From the sequence record NZ_LC532224.1: 64,000 nt of DNA. One strand, 5' to 3'. Position numbers and translations under genes: made by a program. Below the pieces are notes generated by a model, which saw only the letters and a list, made by a program, of their open reading frames with translations, had not been told where the DNA came from and made no database searches. The stretch is from a plasmid. Below, in pieces: positions 52,652 through 63,211 of the stretch (position 1 is the first letter of the stretch; each line of letters opens with the position of its first letter).

Positions 52652-54735
52652 TGTCAGATTCGAAGAGGACTAACCTCCATGCACAAGAGAATTTTTATCG
52701 GCCTATTCTTGAGTATCGTAGTGCCTCAATACTTTTGATTTGTTCGGTTTCTATGCTTTATATGGGACTTTCTTCAGACGGACTGGACATCGCCCCAATA
52801 GTTCTGTTCACCTCAATATTGCTTTTTTTGCTGTGCCTTTATCGTTGCAAAACAGCAGCGCCATTTTTGATGGCTCATTGGCGTGTATTCAAGCGACATT
52901 TCATGTTCGTTAGTCTTGATTCACTGCGTGTAATTAACAAAAGTAACTTTTTCTCCAATGAGCGAAAGTATCGTCAACTGGTTCAGGATTATCAAAATAA
53001 AAATAAGGATATACCCGAGCGAAAGTCCTATTTTTGTGATGGGTTTGAGTGGGGTCCGGAACATGCGGATCGGGCATATCAAATAGCTAACCTCTCCAGT
53101 GATAAACGTGAGATCGAGTTGCCATTCGTCTTCAACCCAATTAAGAGACATTTTGACGCAATGGCTCGTAAGATGGGCGGCAGCAATGCAATTTTTGCTG
53201 TGGAACGTAGGGAACCCATATTTGTAACTGAAGACAATTGGTTTGGTCATACTCTGATAACCGGAAACGTGGGTACCGGGAAAACGGTGCTACAGCGTTT
53301 ACTAAGCATTAGCATGCTTCATCTTGGTCATGTTGTTGTTGTCATAGATCCAAAGAACGATGCAGAGTGGCGAGAATCTCTAATGGAAGAGGCTAAGACC
53401 CTCGGTCTTCCTTTCTATAAATTTCATCCTGGCCAGCCAGCATCTTCGGTCTGTATTGATGTCTGCAACACCTATACTAATGTTTCTGACCTAACATCTC
53501 GTCTTTTGAGCTTGGTGACAGTTCCCGGTGAGGTTAACCCATTCGTTCAGTATGCCAAGGCTCTCGTTTCCAATGTGATTTCCGGGCTTTCTTACATAGA
53601 GAAAAAGCCTTCTATTTATCTGATTCACAAGAACATGAAAAGCCACATGTCTATTGTGAATCTTACAGTCAAGGTAATGGAGTCATGTTACGCGAGATAT
53701 TATGGTTACGATGTCTGGACCGAAAAAGTTAAGTACGTCGCTAACGATACCTTGCCGGTACGTTTCAAGCGTCTCGCTGAATGGTTTACGGCTCATTTCA
53801 TGAATTACGAGGGGTCCGAACAAATAGACTGGTTAGATACTGTTTCCCAGCTTATTGATTACTCAATGTCCGACCCAGAGCATATGGCTAAAATGACCGC
53901 AGGTATTATGCCTGTTTTCGATATGCTCATTGAAAAACCTTTAAATGAGCTTTTATCTCCTAACCCGAACTCAGTATCATCAAGAGAAATTGTAACAAGC
54001 GAAGGGATGTTCAGCACTGGCGGGGTGCTATACATTTCGCTTGATGGCCTTTCAAACCCCGATACAGCAGCTGCTATTTCTCAATTAATAATGTCAGATC
54101 TGACCTCCTGTGCCGGTAGTCGCTACAACGCTCAAGATGGTGATATGTCAGCTAATTCCAGGATAAGTATTTTTGTTGATGAGGCACACTCAGCCATTAA
54201 CAACCCTATGATTAACCTTCTGGCGCAGGGTCGTGCAGCGAAAATTGCACTGTTTATTTGCACCCAAACCATCTCCGACTTTATTGCTGCGGCAAGTGTT
54301 GAAACTGCCAATCGAATTACGGGGCTCTGCAACAATTATATAAGCTTGCGAGTCAACGATACTCCTACTCAGACGCTTGTTGTAGAGAACTTTGGTAAGA
54401 GTGCGATAAGCACAAATATGGTCACTTATACGACCGGTTCAGAAACATCTTTGCCGCATAATAACTTCTCAGGTTCAATCTCAGAAAGAAAGCAGACAAC
54501 TTTAGAAGAGAGTATTCCAAAGGATCTCTTGGGTCAGGTCCCTATGTTTCACATAGTTGCCAGGCTTCAAGATGGCAGGAAGGTTGTAGGCCAAATCCCT
54601 ATTGCTGTTGCTGAGAAACAAATGAAGCCAAACACAACTCTGTCGGAAATGCTTTTCAAGAAGGCCGGAAAAGTTACTTTGCGTCAAAATCTCGATATCA
54701 AAAATCTTAATAAATTTCTAAGGAAGTTGCATTGA
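52651..54735 (+). CDS. traG: type IV coupling protein (VirD4/TraD/TraG family)
   Basis: Two N-terminal TM helices. Walker A GNVGTGKT and Walker B-like IFVDEAH. 694 aa. Confidence 0.85.
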   Translation: MSDSKRTNLHAQENFYRPILEYRSASILLICSVSMLYMGLSSDGLDIAPIVLFTSILLFLLCLYRCKTAAPFLMAHWRVFKRHFMFVSLDSLRVINKSNFFSNERKYRQLVQDYQNKNKDIPERKSYFCDGFEWGPEHADRAYQIANLSSDKREIELPFVFNPIKRHFDAMARKMGGSNAIFAVERREPIFVTEDNWFGHTLITGNVGTGKTVLQRLLSISMLHLGHVVVVIDPKNDAEWRESLMEEAKTLGLPFYKFHPGQPASSVCIDVCNTYTNVSDLTSRLLSLVTVPGEVNPFVQYAKALVSNVISGLSYIEKKPSIYLIHKNMKSHMSIVNLTVKVMESCYARYYGYDVWTEKVKYVANDTLPVRFKRLAEWFTAHFMNYEGSEQIDWLDTVSQLIDYSMSDPEHMAKMTAGIMPVFDMLIEKPLNELLSPNPNSVSSREIVTSEGMFSTGGVLYISLDGLSNPDTAAAISQLIMSDLTSCAGSRYNAQDGDMSANSRISIFVDEAHSAINNPMINLLAQGRAAKIALFICTQTISDFIAAASVETANRITGLCNNYISLRVNDTPTQTLVVENFGKSAISTNMVTYTTGSETSLPHNNFSGSISERKQTTLEESIPKDLLGQVPMFHIVARLQDGRKVVGQIPIAVAEKQMKPNTTLSEMLFKKAGKVTLRQNLDIKNLNKFLRKLH

Positions 54736-55844
54736 TGGATGAAAAAATTGTCCTGACGCGCCAGCAAATTTTAAGCTCTGCACTAAAAGTCAGCAAATGT
54801 CGCTCGCTCGTAAAAAGGCGCTTTCAGTCTTTGGGTTTAAAGTACGCAGATTCTCAGGAAGTTCGAGATCGGCTAACTATGATAGAAAAAAACGCGTTTC
54901 ATCATTTGGGAAAATTTTGTCAGAGCAACGATATCGATTCCCTATTCTCCATGGCAAATACCCTGTCTGAGCTTTTCCTTTTAAAGGGAGAGTTGATCAC
55001 GACTGATCCCTTTGGGGACCGTGAAACCAGCTACTGGTCGGTACCACAAGGATCATGCCATGAATGGATTCAATCACTGACCACCAGCGAAGGTCCTGAA
55101 CGTAAATTCGTTAGTTTCCGTATTTCTTTCGATAACAATGACGTACGGTGTGATCTTGTAAAAAAGAATGCCCGTATGCTTGGTTGTTATCTTTTGCCTT
55201 ATTTCGTCGATTTAACACGCACGGTGGGCGCATTCATTAATTTGCCAGGTAGTGTCTCTTTTAAACAAGTACAGCGCATCAAACCCCAGATTCATCCAGA
55301 AACAACACATAGTCATATAGTTACTATTGAGGACTCTCCCTTTCTTTCTCGGTTAAAATTTAAAATCATTACTGCCATAGATCAGCTTCCTGACCCTAAT
55401 GGCCTTTATACAAACACCTTTAACAGCATTATTGACCGTGCACTGCTGACTCATCTCAAAACCGAACAGGAAAAAATAGATAGTCCAAGAGTCTGCAAAA
55501 ATGTGATTTCGGCTTTTGCCGACTCAACTCTTTCTCTGCCGGTGTTTAACATCGGCCTAAACGAGCAGTACAGATACTGGACGCCGTGGGGCATCAACTT
55601 TATAGAATTTTCCCGCCAGGCCGCAAAAGCAAGGACCGCTGTATTTGTTCCTGATGTGGGACAGATCGAGTGGAAAAGCGCAGAGCATAAAGAACTGGCG
55701 GAGTTAAGCCTCATCGACCAAATCATACCTAAACAGTACCACTGGCTCCTGGGTATCCCGACGATGTGGCGTAACAACTATTGCAATCACGATCAGAGGC
55801 TAGCTCTTTTTCGTGAATGGAGGGAAAGCAATGGCTGCGGATAA
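54732..55844 (+). CDS. hypothetical protein in relaxase operon
   Basis: 370-aa ORF overlapping the traG stop (ATGA). Confidence 0.5.
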   Translation: MMDEKIVLTRQQILSSALKVSKCRSLVKRRFQSLGLKYADSQEVRDRLTMIEKNAFHHLGKFCQSNDIDSLFSMANTLSELFLLKGELITTDPFGDRETSYWSVPQGSCHEWIQSLTTSEGPERKFVSFRISFDNNDVRCDLVKKNARMLGCYLLPYFVDLTRTVGAFINLPGSVSFKQVQRIKPQIHPETTHSHIVTIEDSPFLSRLKFKIITAIDQLPDPNGLYTNTFNSIIDRALLTHLKTEQEKIDSPRVCKNVISAFADSTLSLPVFNIGLNEQYRYWTPWGINFIEFSRQAAKARTAVFVPDVGQIEWKSAEHKELAELSLIDQIIPKQYHWLLGIPTMWRNNYCNHDQRLALFREWRESNGCG

Positions 55845-56493
55845 TACAAGCAGGGCAGCAGTGCTCAGAACAATGCTTTTTTTTGGCATGGTCATTTATT
55901 TTGGTTACAGCTTGGCTTTCCAGAATACTGAGGAGCTCAAATATCAGATTACTCAGGAGGTTAATGCAAGCCGGTCCATCATATCAAATGACCGTTGGAA
56001 GTCTGTCATTGCAAATAGTGAAGCGACTTTAAATTGGTTGGTACATGACTATAAGTTAATTGACTATCTGAATACTATTCTGATCCCTGACACCAAAAAA
56101 CCAGCCAGAGGTATTAACATTGTTGCTGAAAAATTTACCTCTATTAATTACACTATGGCCAAAAACATACCCCTCTTACTTTATCAGTCCATTTTCCGGT
56201 GGAACTTAATCCTGGGGTGGCTAATCGTTTTTCTGCCCTATCTATTTGCCATGCTAGCAGATGGAATGTACCAGTGGAAATTGAAGAGGTACGTATTTGG
56301 TAAGGTTACAGTTCAGTTTTATCGTATTTGGTTTCGAGCATTTTGGGTGATCAGTGCTTTAACGATGGTCTACCTGGTCATGCCAAATATGTCACTATTT
56401 AACAATATCGCTCAACTTTTCCCACCAGTCGCTTTATTGATACTGGGAATTGCATTGAATCGCTTGTGGTCTAACTTTCAAAAACTCATGTAA
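55813..56493 (+). CDS. traJ: 4-TM inner-membrane protein (TraJ-like of H-type plasmids)
   Basis: 226 aa with four hydrophobic helices. Position after the T4CP. Confidence 0.5.
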   Translation: MNGGKAMAADNTSRAAVLRTMLFFGMVIYFGYSLAFQNTEELKYQITQEVNASRSIISNDRWKSVIANSEATLNWLVHDYKLIDYLNTILIPDTKKPARGINIVAEKFTSINYTMAKNIPLLLYQSIFRWNLILGWLIVFLPYLFAMLADGMYQWKLKRYVFGKVTVQFYRIWFRAFWVISALTMVYLVMPNMSLFNNIAQLFPPVALLILGIALNRLWSNFQKLM

Positions 56494-56503
56494 AGGTGGT
56501 CAG

Positions 56504-57685
56504 ATGTTAAGCAGTAAAAAAAGGAAGTCCCCTACAAATATCAAAGAATCGCTCAATGATAACGCTGACCGTTTTTATAAGATGTTTCGCATTCATACCA
56601 CGGCAAAAGTTGCTATGTCGCTAATTGCCATGACCGCTGTAGGGTTTTCTTTCTACAATCTTTACGAACAATGGCAGGACGCTGAAGGGAAGAAAGACCA
56701 TATAGCTGTAATACGGATTTCTGGCGAGATGGGTACCGGCTCGGAAACGGGCGATGGAACAGTGATCGCAACAGCTCTTGCCAAAGCTTACAATAATCCC
56801 CATGCCAAAGCAGTTATTATCGAGGCAGAGTCAGGTGGTGGTGGTCCCTCTGACGCCATCATTATTTACCGCCAGATAAACGCGCTTAAAAACCACCAGC
56901 CACAGATTGAACGCGTATCAGATGCCGGTGGCTCTCTTTCATCTGTAGCCGCTGACAAGAGTAACAAAACCGGGAGCACAGAACGTGGCGATGAAGCACG
57001 GTCGAAGCAAAACTCCCTCGAAGTACTCTCCAGCGGTACCGGTCGTTTTTTCTCTGATATCGCAGACTCATATAAACCAATCATCGTTAGTGTGAAAGGC
57101 ATATGCGCATCCGCATGCTATTACGCGGTATCGCCCGCTGATGCAATTTATGCCGACAGTAATGCCCTGATCGGTTCTATCGGTGTGCGTATGGACCACT
57201 GGAATCTGTCAGAGATCATGAGCACAGTAAGCGTCAAGAATGAGCCCCTTACGGCCGGTGAGTTCAAAGATGCTCTTGACCCCTTCCACCCATTGTCCGA
57301 TTCAACGAGGGAGTTCATGCAGAAGGAGATCCTGAACACGATGCATGAAAAATTTATAACTGATGTTGAACTTGGACGGGGTAAAAAGCTTCTCTCGCGT
57401 CATGATGCCGATGCTGTTTCTCTCTATTCAGGCCGTGTATGGCCAACACCTCAGGCAGTTAAGTACGGCCTGGTGGATGGAGATCTTACGTCAGTAGAGA
57501 TCCGTACACGTCTTTCAAAAATGTACTCCACTGACACGTTCAAAAACTACAATGAGCCTCATCGTAATCTCCGTTCTGCACTCGGCATGCTGATGAGCCT
57601 GTCTTCAAATATTGAGAGCCTTACCGGTACCACTACCCGCTTAGTAGAATCTGTTAATGCCACCAGCTACCCCTCTGTGAGGTAA
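56504..57685 (+). CDS. membrane-anchored S49-family (SppA-like) serine peptidase
   Basis: N-terminal TM. S49 blocks AVIIEAESGGGGPSDA and PIIVSVKGICASACYYAVSPADAIYADSNALIGSIGV, with an inserted Ser/Gly-rich loop. Confidence 0.6.
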   Translation: MLSSKKRKSPTNIKESLNDNADRFYKMFRIHTTAKVAMSLIAMTAVGFSFYNLYEQWQDAEGKKDHIAVIRISGEMGTGSETGDGTVIATALAKAYNNPHAKAVIIEAESGGGGPSDAIIIYRQINALKNHQPQIERVSDAGGSLSSVAADKSNKTGSTERGDEARSKQNSLEVLSSGTGRFFSDIADSYKPIIVSVKGICASACYYAVSPADAIYADSNALIGSIGVRMDHWNLSEIMSTVSVKNEPLTAGEFKDALDPFHPLSDSTREFMQKEILNTMHEKFITDVELGRGKKLLSRHDADAVSLYSGRVWPTPQAVKYGLVDGDLTSVEIRTRLSKMYSTDTFKNYNEPHRNLRSALGMLMSLSSNIESLTGTTTRLVESVNATSYPSVR

Positions 57686-57686
57686 C

Positions 57687-58418
57687 ATGGATGCTTTCAA
57701 TCTGCTGTGGAGCATTACGGGGGTAGCTTTCATTATCCTTATTTTCGTCGTGTTGCTGTGTCTGTTGGGATTTATGACCTCTGCCATAGCGGAACGGCGG
57801 ACTGCAAAGGCAATTGAATCTGGGCTTCCTGAAGAAGCTCAGGGGCTACTTAGTGATCTCACCTTTCAGTTGTCGGCTCATAGCACTACGCAGGTTGATC
57901 ACATTCTCGTAGCCCCACATGGTATATACGTCATAGAGCAGAAAAACTACGTAGGCAAGCTCTACGGTACTCTGGAGGAAAGCCACTGGCGGAAATGGAC
58001 TCAGTCCCGAACCCTCAAGTTGCAGAACCCGTTTAAGCAAAACCAGGGGCACATCAGGGCTATTCAGTCTGCTCTTAAGGCTAGAGAACTGGAATGTATC
58101 AATGTCGTCATCATAAACGGACGTTGTAAGTTTGATGGCATCAAGCCGGAATGGTTATGTATGGGGATGGACGATTTTATCCATAAAGTCAAACAACGAC
58201 GAGGGCTACGGTTGTTCACACCGGAGTCTGTTCAGCACATCTGTTCGGTGTTGAAGTCAACAAGGAAGTCGCCAGGGCTCTATACGGACCTTACTCATAT
58301 TCATAACATAACGACAAAGTACAAAGCCCCGATGAAATTCGAGCAACGAGTAACATACATTCTGCTCAACTTTATCCATTATCTGTGGGCAAGTCTGTTC
58401 ACTAAGCAGAAGCCTTAG
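57687..58418 (+). CDS. membrane-anchored NERD (nuclease-related) domain protein
   Basis: N-terminal TM, then a NERD signature ...DHILVAPHGIYVIEQKNYVGKLYG... Confidence 0.6.
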   Translation: MDAFNLLWSITGVAFIILIFVVLLCLLGFMTSAIAERRTAKAIESGLPEEAQGLLSDLTFQLSAHSTTQVDHILVAPHGIYVIEQKNYVGKLYGTLEESHWRKWTQSRTLKLQNPFKQNQGHIRAIQSALKARELECINVVIINGRCKFDGIKPEWLCMGMDDFIHKVKQRRGLRLFTPESVQHICSVLKSTRKSPGLYTDLTHIHNITTKYKAPMKFEQRVTYILLNFIHYLWASLFTKQKP

Positions 58419-58451
58419 CGCTCTATCATTGGTAAGGCTGTAAAATGTCTG

Positions 58452-58490
58452 CAAAAGGCCCCATCGGTAAATTGTTGGGGCTTTTTCTTT
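58452..58490 (+). terminator. terminator of the relaxase/coupling-protein operon
   Basis: GGCCCCA...TGGGGC hairpin followed by CTTTTTCTTT. Confidence 0.5.
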
Positions 58491-58704
58491 GCGTAGTTCT
58501 GATACGGTTTATCCTGTGGAGCATTATGGCCACCAGCCAGCTGGTGACTGGCCAACGCTTTGTATGACGTAGCCTACTCAGGGCAGGCTATTTTAGAGGG
58601 ACCGATTTTTATCCGGGCTAATTTAGAAAGAGATAATTTGAACTTAGGCGGGCTGACCACCAGCAGAGAGGTAAATCACTAGCCGGTGATATTGACAGAA
58701 GTCG

Positions 58705-59067
58705 TCAGGGGTTTAACGCCGGAATATTTTGCCAGGCCTCCTGCAAGGTCTGCAAGACTTCTACAAGTGATAGTGACGGCCACAGGACTGTTTCCGTCAT
58801 TATCACTCCAGGTGGCTCGCACTCTACTGGTACCAGAATTAAAACAACACGAGTTCCTTTTACCTGGTAGGCAAGGTTTACTGCCGGTTGGCGGTAGGAG
58901 GCCAGTACACCCTCACCATATTGAGCAGGGTTACTTGCCCAGTTCCGCACCATTGCATACACCTGAGGCATATACCGACTATCCAGATCCCCTTTGGGCC
59001 GTCTGAACGGCACGATTTCTTCTGAGCGGTAGGTGGTCGTTGTTGTATTGGTTGTCATCTTTGTCAC
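58705..59067 (-). CDS. hypothetical protein (Thr-rich N-terminus)
   Basis: 120-aa ORF. Confidence 0.35.
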   Translation of the reverse strand: MTKMTTNTTTTTYRSEEIVPFRRPKGDLDSRYMPQVYAMVRNWASNPAQYGEGVLASYRQPAVNLAYQVKGTRVVLILVPVECEPPGVIMTETVLWPSLSLVEVLQTLQEAWQNIPALNP

Positions 59068-59123
59068 CTCCCCTGTTCGTCCATTTAGAGTTTTAAGCTG
59101 CTTTACACATCACACTCAACTGA

Positions 59124-59408
59124 TTATTTAAGCTGGTCATCGTCTCTGGCCAGCATAGCCCAACCATTCGCCTGGTTTTCGCGGGAGTAAGGATTCATTT
59201 CAAAATAACTATCTACCGCGTCGCTGTCCGCAACAGAACTGTTGTTAGCTCTCTTTGAACCCTGAACCACTACAGCATCAACCTCTGCGGCTTTCCCGTT
59301 GCGCTGTACCAGGATTTTAACCGTATTGGGCTTACGTCTTGCGAGCAGTTTGTTGGCGATAAAAAGCACAACAATCCAGGCCAAAAGCACGTATAAAAAT
59401 GTATTCAT
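59124..59408 (-). CDS. small single-pass membrane protein
   Basis: 94-aa ORF with an N-terminal TM helix. Confidence 0.4.
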   Translation of the reverse strand: MNTFLYVLLAWIVVLFIANKLLARRKPNTVKILVQRNGKAAEVDAVVVQGSKRANNSSVADSDAVDSYFEMNPYSRENQANGWAMLARDDDQLK

Positions 59409-59764
59409 AATGCCCTCCTTTGTATGTGATTATTATACCTGCTTCCATTGCAGGCCAAACAGGTTCGGTGCATGAAAAATAGACTTCTCTCCGGCGTATA
59501 GCAATCTACTTACTGATCTGTTTTCGTATCAAACTGTATGGCATAACCGAGGGGCGTACGTGGTGAGTCAGAAAGTTACTTTTCCGTAATAGTTAATTTC
59601 AGATCCTTCTTCCAGTTACGCTTCAGTATAAAACCGATACCCTCTAATTCAGCATCCTTCACGTTTAATACGCTTCACTTTAAGGCAGGGCTTTTCGGTT
59701 GAAATGAATTCTTTTTCCGGTTGCTGGACATGGGTTTCATCCTGATAGTTAAAGTTGCAGGCTA

Positions 59765-60064
59765 TCAGTCACCACCACCACCTCCGTCACCTCCTCCACC
59801 GCCACCATCACAACCACCAGCTATGCTATTTTCACCATTACAATCACCTCCGAGGGGGTTCAAATGGCTGCTCCCCTGTAGATGGTGTCCTTGCCAGATC
59901 GAACCCGAACCAGCGCCTCCTGAGCGTCTTTGCTTGCCCTGAGGCAATTGTGCAGGCTCACCAGCACCGGCGGTACCAAAAATGTCCCGGGCAATTTTAT
60001 AAAGAAGGTAAAAAGGTACGCCCAGCATCATAAAAAAGATTACTGAAAATATTACACGTTCCAT
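59765..60064 (-). CDS. small membrane protein with Gly-rich C-terminal tail
   Basis: N-terminal TM. The C-terminal GGGGGGDGGGGGD tail is encoded by an imperfect GGT/GGA-type simple repeat at 59768-59830. Confidence 0.35.
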   Translation of the reverse strand: MERVIFSVIFFMMLGVPFYLLYKIARDIFGTAGAGEPAQLPQGKQRRSGGAGSGSIWQGHHLQGSSHLNPLGGDCNGENSIAGGCDGGGGGGDGGGGGD

Positions 60065-60496
60065 TGATGATCTCCTGTCTTGTGAGAGACCAGTTATATC
60101 AGGGTGATTCAGTATTTCCGTTTAGAAAAGAGTACTAATTTGGCCCTGTTCGCTCTTAATTTGCCATCCGGGAAAAAGTCATAGGGATAGGCCTGCCAGA
60201 GTCAATAACTTCCAGTGATCTGGAGGAGACCCCGGCTCTCTGAGCCCTCATGGATGGTACGGCTTTACCCCTTGTAAACAGATTCACGTTCCGCAGGACA
60301 AACATCGACTACTGACGTCTCATATTTGCTGACGCTAATCCGACGTCTCATTGCCGTCTGCTTGTTTTCTTTAAAGGGTGTATTAGACGAATATCAAATC
60401 GGAATGGTAGGGGATGTGTGGGCACCATGCCCGGCCCTCTTTGAGCATCTGAGAGATTGGAGACCTAGCCGGGTAAGATAGCTACTTTCTTACGGG

Positions 60497-60865
60497 TTAC
60501 CCTTCAAATCCAAAGACGAAACGGACGCTGCCGTTCTCCACGTGGAGACGCTTTACTTCTTCGACAAATTCCTGGATCACCTCTCCGGCGTTATCGGGTG
60601 GTATGGCTGACAAAATTTCTTCCGAAGTCAGCCATGAGTATGAATGTTCACCGAATAAATCATCATCTTCGGACGGTATATCATCAGGTAATCCGCGTAA
60701 TGCGTGGATAAAAACTGCTGATGTGCTCGCCCTTTCACGATCTACATCAAATCCGAGCCAGGCAAAGTGGAGATATGATCGGTCCCCTTTATAATTGCTT
60801 GATAAATTAATCCATTTACCAGGCTTTTCTTCCCTTTGAAATCGCCAGCAGATATCAACGCCCAT
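60497..60865 (-). CDS. hypothetical protein
   Basis: 122-aa ORF. Confidence 0.4.
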   Translation of the reverse strand: MGVDICWRFQREEKPGKWINLSSNYKGDRSYLHFAWLGFDVDRERASTSAVFIHALRGLPDDIPSEDDDLFGEHSYSWLTSEEILSAIPPDNAGEVIQEFVEEVKRLHVENGSVRFVFGFEG

Positions 60866-61090
60866 TAAGAAACTCCATTACTATCGTTCGTATGAGATAA
60901 CTATCATTTCAGAATACTATGACTTCTTCCCGTATAGAACTAATCGCTCACGCCATTTAGCTACTTACTTTTTTTACGTACGCTTGCAGCGCAGTACCTT
61001 GAGAGAAGTAAGTAAGACTGGGCGAAGCCAACCGGTTCCGCCACCTCGCTCACCGGCTTTTAGGCGTAAGCACTGAAGTCAGCCTCCATG

Positions 61091-61633
61091 CTAACTGGCG
61101 AGCCTGCGAAAGTCAGACTCGTTGTTATAAAGCGGCATATCGTAAGCAGTGTCTGAAATGAACATTCGGATCTGCTCAAGCGTCATGCCACAATGAAAAC
61201 GGGTTACGCTCACATTGGCCCGGGGGAAGTCAGCACAAAATGCATTCAAAACATTCTCATGGACAATACCAATGTTGATTAACGCAGCTGGCCCGTTGTC
61301 ACGGAAAGATACGACACGGAATCCCCCATACCAGCCTGACTGGGAGAAAAATGAAAATGCACTCGTTGCCAGACCATTAGACAGGTCATAGCGCAATTTC
61401 CCGCTCAGAGACTGGCTGTCTCTGCTGTACACGCGATTAATGAAAATGCCGGGACCAACTTCTACCGGCTGCTTGTTGCTTGCTAAACACGGAAAGCCCA
61501 CCAGCGAAACCTCCCTTTCTCCTAACCAGTTTACCTGATACCCGGCAGTGAGAAAGTCAGTCAGTTCTACGCCAGAAAGAGCATTAATGGCCGCAATATC
61601 GGTATCCAAAATATTTACGTTTTTCATATTCAT
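61091..61633 (-). CDS. hypothetical protein
   Basis: 180-aa ORF. Confidence 0.45.
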   Translation of the reverse strand: MNMKNVNILDTDIAAINALSGVELTDFLTAGYQVNWLGEREVSLVGFPCLASNKQPVEVGPGIFINRVYSRDSQSLSGKLRYDLSNGLATSAFSFFSQSGWYGGFRVVSFRDNGPAALINIGIVHENVLNAFCADFPRANVSVTRFHCGMTLEQIRMFISDTAYDMPLYNNESDFRRLAS

Positions 61634-61694
61634 CTCATCTATATTCTAAAGTGCGTTTTTTGTCTATCAGCCCGAGGATTGAAAATTTGAATAT

Positions 61695-62132
61695 TTAATG
61701 TGACAGAAAAATACCTGTCACCTTTTCAAAAACTGCCTGCAATTGAATATCGAGAGAGTCCATTTTAAAATCCACCAGCTCAGCTTTATTATCGCAAACC
61801 GAATAAAAATAGGAGTCAAATGCGTCTGTATCTTCATCTTTAAAAATACGGAAGGAATTAATTTTATTATGCCCTTCAAATTCGGCATGAATACCATAGC
61901 GAACCGAGCCGTCATCGAACTGAACAACCCGTCGTACAGAATTAATCCGGACGTACTGTTTTAAGGCCCTCGCGAAATCGGCATTTAACGCCAACGCTCG
62001 TAAGATTGAATCAGCGGTTTCATTCTGCTTTTTACGATCATATTCAAACATCCCACAGCCGGTGTTACGAAAGACCGGCTGAAGAGCATTAACCAGGTTG
62101 AAGGAATCCACGTTTCTGTCGTTTCTGTACAT
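61695..62132 (-). CDS. hypothetical protein
   Basis: 145-aa ORF. Confidence 0.45.
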   Translation of the reverse strand: MYRNDRNVDSFNLVNALQPVFRNTGCGMFEYDRKKQNETADSILRALALNADFARALKQYVRINSVRRVVQFDDGSVRYGIHAEFEGHNKINSFRIFKDEDTDAFDSYFYSVCDNKAELVDFKMDSLDIQLQAVFEKVTGIFLSH

Positions 62133-62176
62133 GAGATATCTCCTGCCCCTCCGCTATACGAAGGGGCTTGATAGGG

Positions 62177-62473
62177 TTACTGCCAGGCTGCGATCACTTC
62201 TTCGCACTGGAAATGAGATAAGCACTGCTGGAGTAAAAGGGCCAGCACCGCTGTGTTAGGGACGCGATTGTTACACCACGCGTTGAATAGCAGCTGCCAT
62301 GGACCGGCATAATACCCGGCCAGTTTCTTTTTTTGTTTATCTGTGCAGCAGCTGGAAATGGCCTGCTGATAAAGGCTTTCATTCTCGGCACCAGAGCGTT
62401 GTTGCAGTGCCTGATAAATATAGGAGTAGACAGAATCGGAGCAATTAGATGCATAGGCCAGATTGGTTTTCAT
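62177..62473 (-). CDS. hypothetical Cys-containing small protein
   Basis: 98-aa ORF. Confidence 0.35.
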   Translation of the reverse strand: MKTNLAYASNCSDSVYSYIYQALQQRSGAENESLYQQAISSCCTDKQKKKLAGYYAGPWQLLFNAWCNNRVPNTAVLALLLQQCLSHFQCEEVIAAWQ

Positions 62474-62607
62474 AATACCTCCTGTGTTTTTGGGTATTAT
62501 ATAAAACTCCGACCTACTGGCTAATAACCCACACTGTAATTTCTTTTAAAAACACAATAAATTTTCAAAATTGGACCAGTGTGGATTTAAGCGAGCAGTT
62601 TAAATCT

Positions 62608-63168
62608 TTATGAACTAGCTTTCAAAGAGGTTGGTTTTTCGGGAAGTTTTTTGCCAGACCAGCATGTTGGTTTTTTTTCTGTAGTGCAGATTAGCTGGTA
62701 CCTGCCCCTTCTTACCTCTTTGAGCAATGACTGTTTGAAATATGGTAAGCCCAGTTCAAAAACCCAGTAACGACCGTCTGCAAAAACGACTGAATTTTCA
62801 ACGCCATCCGAAGCCACCAAGGATGCATCATTAAGTAGACGTTCTTCATAATGAAATGGTAATGAAAATGTCAGATATAACGCACAAAGTACAAAGATTC
62901 CTGTGAGACTAACTGCCAGTGAACCACAATAACCAGAATAAACATTTAAATTTCTTTTGATAAATTTCTCATGCAAGATTACAAGCAGACAGAATACACA
63001 AGCTACCAGCCCAAATCCTACATGCAGATAAAACTGTCTTATTTCATCATTCCAGACGATGTTGTCCCATTTCGTGCTTAAGATTGAACCCAACAAGGAG
63101 ATAATAAAAGCGGCAATTTGAGAACTGATAAAGTAGGAGAAAGCTGACTTTGAAGTTATTTTTTTCAT
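62608..63168 (-). CDS. hypothetical polytopic membrane protein
   Basis: 186-aa ORF with at least four hydrophobic helices. Its start lies 44 bp from the IS903 end. Confidence 0.45.
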   Translation of the reverse strand: MKKITSKSAFSYFISSQIAAFIISLLGSILSTKWDNIVWNDEIRQFYLHVGFGLVACVFCLLVILHEKFIKRNLNVYSGYCGSLAVSLTGIFVLCALYLTFSLPFHYEERLLNDASLVASDGVENSVVFADGRYWVFELGLPYFKQSLLKEVRRGRYQLICTTEKKPTCWSGKKLPEKPTSLKASS

Positions 63169-63211
63169 AGAAACAGGAACCTCTTTACCTCGTTCCTGAT
63201 CAGAGAAAAGA

